From positions 531 through 64,530 of the IMG/VR virus record IMGVR_UViG_3300005683_000073: a stretch of 64,000 nt of DNA; one strand, given 5' to 3'. Position 1 is the stretch's first letter. Every line of letters starts with the position of its first letter. Under the pieces are notes generated by a model that was not told where the DNA came from, searched no databases, and saw only the letters and a list, made by a program, of their open reading frames with translations. Made by a program: the position numbers and the translations under genes. This stretch comes from a virus (taxonomy: Duplodnaviria > Caudoviricetes). Of this stretch, positions 61,628 through 64,000 are shown piece by piece.

Positions 61628-61963
61628 ATGGCAAAGATCGTCTCACGCAAGCTCCGTTGGGATCCGGTCGCGGGTTCGAGCGGCTACAAGGTGTACTTCG
61701 AAGCGGCCACGCCGGGTGTCCCGTTCACCTACGAGTCGTCCAACGTCAACGTCGGCAATCCGCCTGTCGATGGCGATGGCAAGGTCGGCATCTTCTTCAA
61801 CGCGGTGCCCGAGCTGGCCACGCTGCCGGAAGGCGTCTACGACTTCGCGGTCACGGCGTATGACGAAGCGGGCAACGAGTCCGACTTCGCCGAGGTCGAG
61901 TCGGTCCCTTTGGACCTGACGGCCCCGAATGCCCCGACGAACGTCGAGGTCGTCGCCGGGTAA
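61628..61963 (+). CDS. fibronectin type III domain protein (111 aa)
   Basis: RBS GGAGG; LRWDPV, GYKVY, YDFAVTAYDEAGNES, APNAPTNV. Confidence 0.85.
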   Translation: MAKIVSRKLRWDPVAGSSGYKVYFEAATPGVPFTYESSNVNVGNPPVDGDGKVGIFFNAVPELATLPEGVYDFAVTAYDEAGNESDFAEVESVPLDLTAPNAPTNVEVVAG

Positions 61964-61970
61964 GGGCCGA

Positions 61971-62075
61971 AGCGTGGCTCAAGGAAGGAGAGATCCTTCA
62001 CGCCACGCTGTCATGGAGCCGGGGGAAGTAATTCCCCCGCGCTTCCAAAAAAGAGGCCCCCGTGTTAGGGGGGCC
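61971..62075 (+). ncRNA. candidate structured RNA with two GNRA-capped hairpins
   Basis: AGCGTGGC/GCCACGCT plus GAAGGA-GAGA-TCCTTC; CGGGGGAA-GTAA-TTCCCCCG; third GC hairpin at 62055-62075. Confidence 0.4.
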
Positions 62076-62116
62076 GAGGTGTCAGTCCAACAAGGAGATC
62101 GCGAGGAGAGTCTAGC

Positions 62117-62338
62117 ATGAAGTTCGTTCGAGGCAAGCGCCAGTTCAAGCAGGAACGCATGTGGGGATTCGTCCTCGTTCACGAGACGTTGGCGGGAGTC
62201 AAGACCTTCGGGTTGATTCTCGGCAGGCACGTCTGGGGGTTCCAGTGGCCGATCACGAAGAAGAGATCAAGCAGCGCATTCGCGAATACTTCACGCGCGT
62301 CAAGCCAGAACACCGCGAACAAGTCCTCGAAGCCCTGA
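62117..62338 (+). CDS. hypothetical protein (73 aa)
   Basis: ATG after GGAG; 3' part overlaps the next ORF. Confidence 0.5.
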   Translation: MKFVRGKRQFKQERMWGFVLVHETLAGVKTFGLILGRHVWGFQWPITKKRSSSAFANTSRASSQNTANKSSKP

Positions 62339-62400
62339 AGCGGCTCCGGACCAACGAAGAGAGAGCGAGCTACCTCCGTGGATGGACTAAACTACCCTGA
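62245..62400 (+). CDS. small helical protein (51 aa)
   Basis: GTG start inferred; MADHEEEIKQRIREYFTRVKPEHREQVLEAL... Confidence 0.5.
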   Translation: MADHEEEIKQRIREYFTRVKPEHREQVLEALKRLRTNEERASYLRGWTKLP

Positions 62401-63073
62401 TGTCGTCGAGGAGTGGGCCACGCTGCTCAAGGTCCTCGACGGTAAGTCGATCGCACGATACGGCGACGGTGAGTTCAATCTTGTCCGTGGCGGCAACTGC
62501 GTGTCGCAGAAGCGGTACCCCGGCCTCCAGACGGAGCTGCAGAACATCCTGCACTCGGCGGACGACAACCTCCTCGTGGCGATCCCGAGGCTCGACAAGC
62601 GTTCGCCGAAGAACGTCAACTGGGAGAGGTGCTGCCAGCACTACGGGCAGTACCTTCGTCATGGCAAGACGTACTACTCGGCGTTCATCACCCGGCCCGA
62701 CAGCGCGCCGTGGATCGCGACGCCGACGTTCTTCGACGGCATCGAGTCGTTGTGGGAAGGCAAGGACATCACGATGGTGTACGGTTCCAAGCGTAGCCTG
62801 AGCGCGGACTTCGGTCCGATGATCTCCGCGAAGTCCATCGAGGTCGTCGAGACCGACTACGCCCACACCTACCACAGGATCAACCAGATCGAGCGGGACA
62901 TCGAGTCGCGCGAGCGCAAGGAAGTGCTGCTCATGTGCGGCCCCACGGCCACCTGCCTCGCCGCCCGCCTGTCGAGAAAGGGCTACCACGCGGTGGACCT
63001 CGGGCACATCGGCATGTGGTGGCGGGCGTATGCCAACCCGAAGCTGGTCTCGCAGTTGAGGATCGTCGAGTGA
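62378..63073 (+). CDS. GT-D fold glycosyltransferase (DUF1792 / GT101-like)
   Basis: SIARYGDGEF, SQK..LQ.EL..IL, NLLVAIP, FITRPD, GPTATCLAARL...GYHAVDLGH. Confidence 0.85.
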   Translation: MDGLNYPDVVEEWATLLKVLDGKSIARYGDGEFNLVRGGNCVSQKRYPGLQTELQNILHSADDNLLVAIPRLDKRSPKNVNWERCCQHYGQYLRHGKTYYSAFITRPDSAPWIATPTFFDGIESLWEGKDITMVYGSKRSLSADFGPMISAKSIEVVETDYAHTYHRINQIERDIESRERKEVLLMCGPTATCLAARLSRKGYHAVDLGHIGMWWRAYANPKLVSQLRIVE

Positions 63074-63666
63074 TTGTCAAGCCCGAGCATTTCCGGTATC
63101 TGTACATCCAGCGGGGGGAGGTGTCGGATGCCTATAATCACGGATTCGATGAGTGGAAGAGGGCCTACGAGGCGTCGCTCGAAGCCGTCGTTCGTTCGAT
63201 GGATCCGGCGCTCCCTGCGGACGCTCGGTCGATACTCGACGTGGGCGGTGGTATGGGTGGTCTTGGGGTTGTACTTGGGCGACGGTATCCGTCCGCTGGC
63301 TATTGGGTTCTTGATGGGGCAAGCGACGATCCCGAAGTGCGAAAGCACGCCGAGACCTTCAGCAACGCCGTCGTTGCGGCAGACTTTCTCCGAAGCAACG
63401 GACTGACGGAGTTCGGCTTCTATGAGCCGTGCGATGGGTTCGACCGCAAGTTCGACCTCGTCGTTTCCACGGCGGCGTGGTGTTTCCACATCGAGCCGTA
63501 CACCTACCTGAACCGCGTCATGGCGGCGCTTGCGCCGAAGGCGACGATCATCCTCGACGTTCGGAAGTCGCGTGAGGATTGGATTGACGATCTGTGCGCT
63601 ACGCTCGGCGACCCCATTCAACTCGAACTCGGCAAGAAACATTTGAGGCTCGCATGGCAAACCTGA
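63070..63666 (+). CDS. class I SAM-dependent methyltransferase
   Basis: ILDVGGGMGG motif I; FDLVVSTAAWCFH. Confidence 0.85.
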   Translation: MIVKPEHFRYLYIQRGEVSDAYNHGFDEWKRAYEASLEAVVRSMDPALPADARSILDVGGGMGGLGVVLGRRYPSAGYWVLDGASDDPEVRKHAETFSNAVVAADFLRSNGLTEFGFYEPCDGFDRKFDLVVSTAAWCFHIEPYTYLNRVMAALAPKATIILDVRKSREDWIDDLCATLGDPIQLELGKKHLRLAWQT

Positions 63667-64000
63667 TCAGCGACGACTACAAGCGCCTGCTCACCTCAAA
63701 GCACGCGGACAAGCCGTGGGGTGGGGCGGGCAAGTCGTGGGTCCCGCACATCCTGCCGTTGCTGAACGGCTTCCCGCCGGGGCCGATTTCGGTCCTCGAT
63801 TTCGGTTGCGGGCGTGGCACGCTGAGGCCCGCACTGGAGGAACTGCACCCCGACGTGACCGTCACCGAGTACGATCCCGGCGTCGCGGGCAAGGACGTTC
63901 TGCCGATGGTGCCGGTGGACTACGTCGTCTGCACCGACGTGATGGAACACGTCGAGGAAAAGTACGTCGTGGACACGCTGCGCACGATCAACTGGCTGGC
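63654..64000 (+). CDS. class I SAM-dependent methyltransferase (truncated by the window end)
   Basis: VLDFGCGRG, EYDPG, DYVVCTDVMEHV; open to nt 64000. Confidence 0.88.
   Translation, partial: MANLISDDYKRLLTSKHADKPWGGAGKSWVPHILPLLNGFPPGPISVLDFGCGRGTLRPALEELHPDVTVTEYDPGVAGKDVLPMVPVDYVVCTDVMEHVEEKYVVDTLRTINWL

Noticed and set aside
62117-62400. Programmed frameshift joining the two overlapping small ORFs
   Set aside because: The GGGGGTT run is not a canonical slippery heptamer and has no clear downstream stimulator; two overlapping small genes explain it equally well.
1-64000. tRNA/tmRNA genes, integrase/att sites and IS elements
   Set aside because: No cloverleaf with T-loop GTTCRA in intergenic space, no tyrosine or serine recombinase motifs, and no transposase or terminal inverted repeats recognised.

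Overview
This window is a near-complete genome of a high-GC (roughly two-thirds by eye) tailed dsDNA phage with podovirus-type morphogenesis. No integrase, cI-type repressor, tRNA, rRNA or CRISPR array was found. Layout: (i) the end of a glycosyltransferase cluster (1-1359); (ii) terminase genes on the minus strand (1310-3203); (iii) a long plus-strand late operon (3269-36345) encoding an HslV/proteasome-like Ntn protease, a metallophosphoesterase, portal, a head-appendage module, scaffold, major capsid, adaptors, tail fibre, tail tube, GH108 endolysin, holin, GNAT, ejection proteins including a 3550-aa polyvalent protein, a LamG protein and an HNH protein; (iv) a minus-strand replication/early arm (36275-58882) with primase-helicase, SSB-like protein, SNF2 helicase, VRR-NUC, PD-(D/E)XK nuclease, an Acb2-like anti-CBASS sponge, family A DNA polymerase, HicA-like protein, dNMP kinase, vWA-metallopeptidase, AAA+ ATPase and many small ORFs; (v) an origin-like inverted-repeat region (57650-57955) and a G-rich strand switch (~59000); (vi) a plus-strand arm with leaderless promoters, an RHH regulator, exported/FN3 proteins, a structured intergenic RNA candidate and a GT-D-fold glycosyltransferase plus two methyltransferases running off the end. 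Most notable observations: a duplicated DNA-polymerase C-terminus that brackets the Acb2 cassette and forms its own 45-aa ORF; nine copies of a covarying 15-bp palindrome confined to the early arm; an A[IV]P linear motif shared by the portal and ejection proteins; and a glycosylation/methylation cluster. All calls come from motif reading and recalled family knowledge; no database searches were run.
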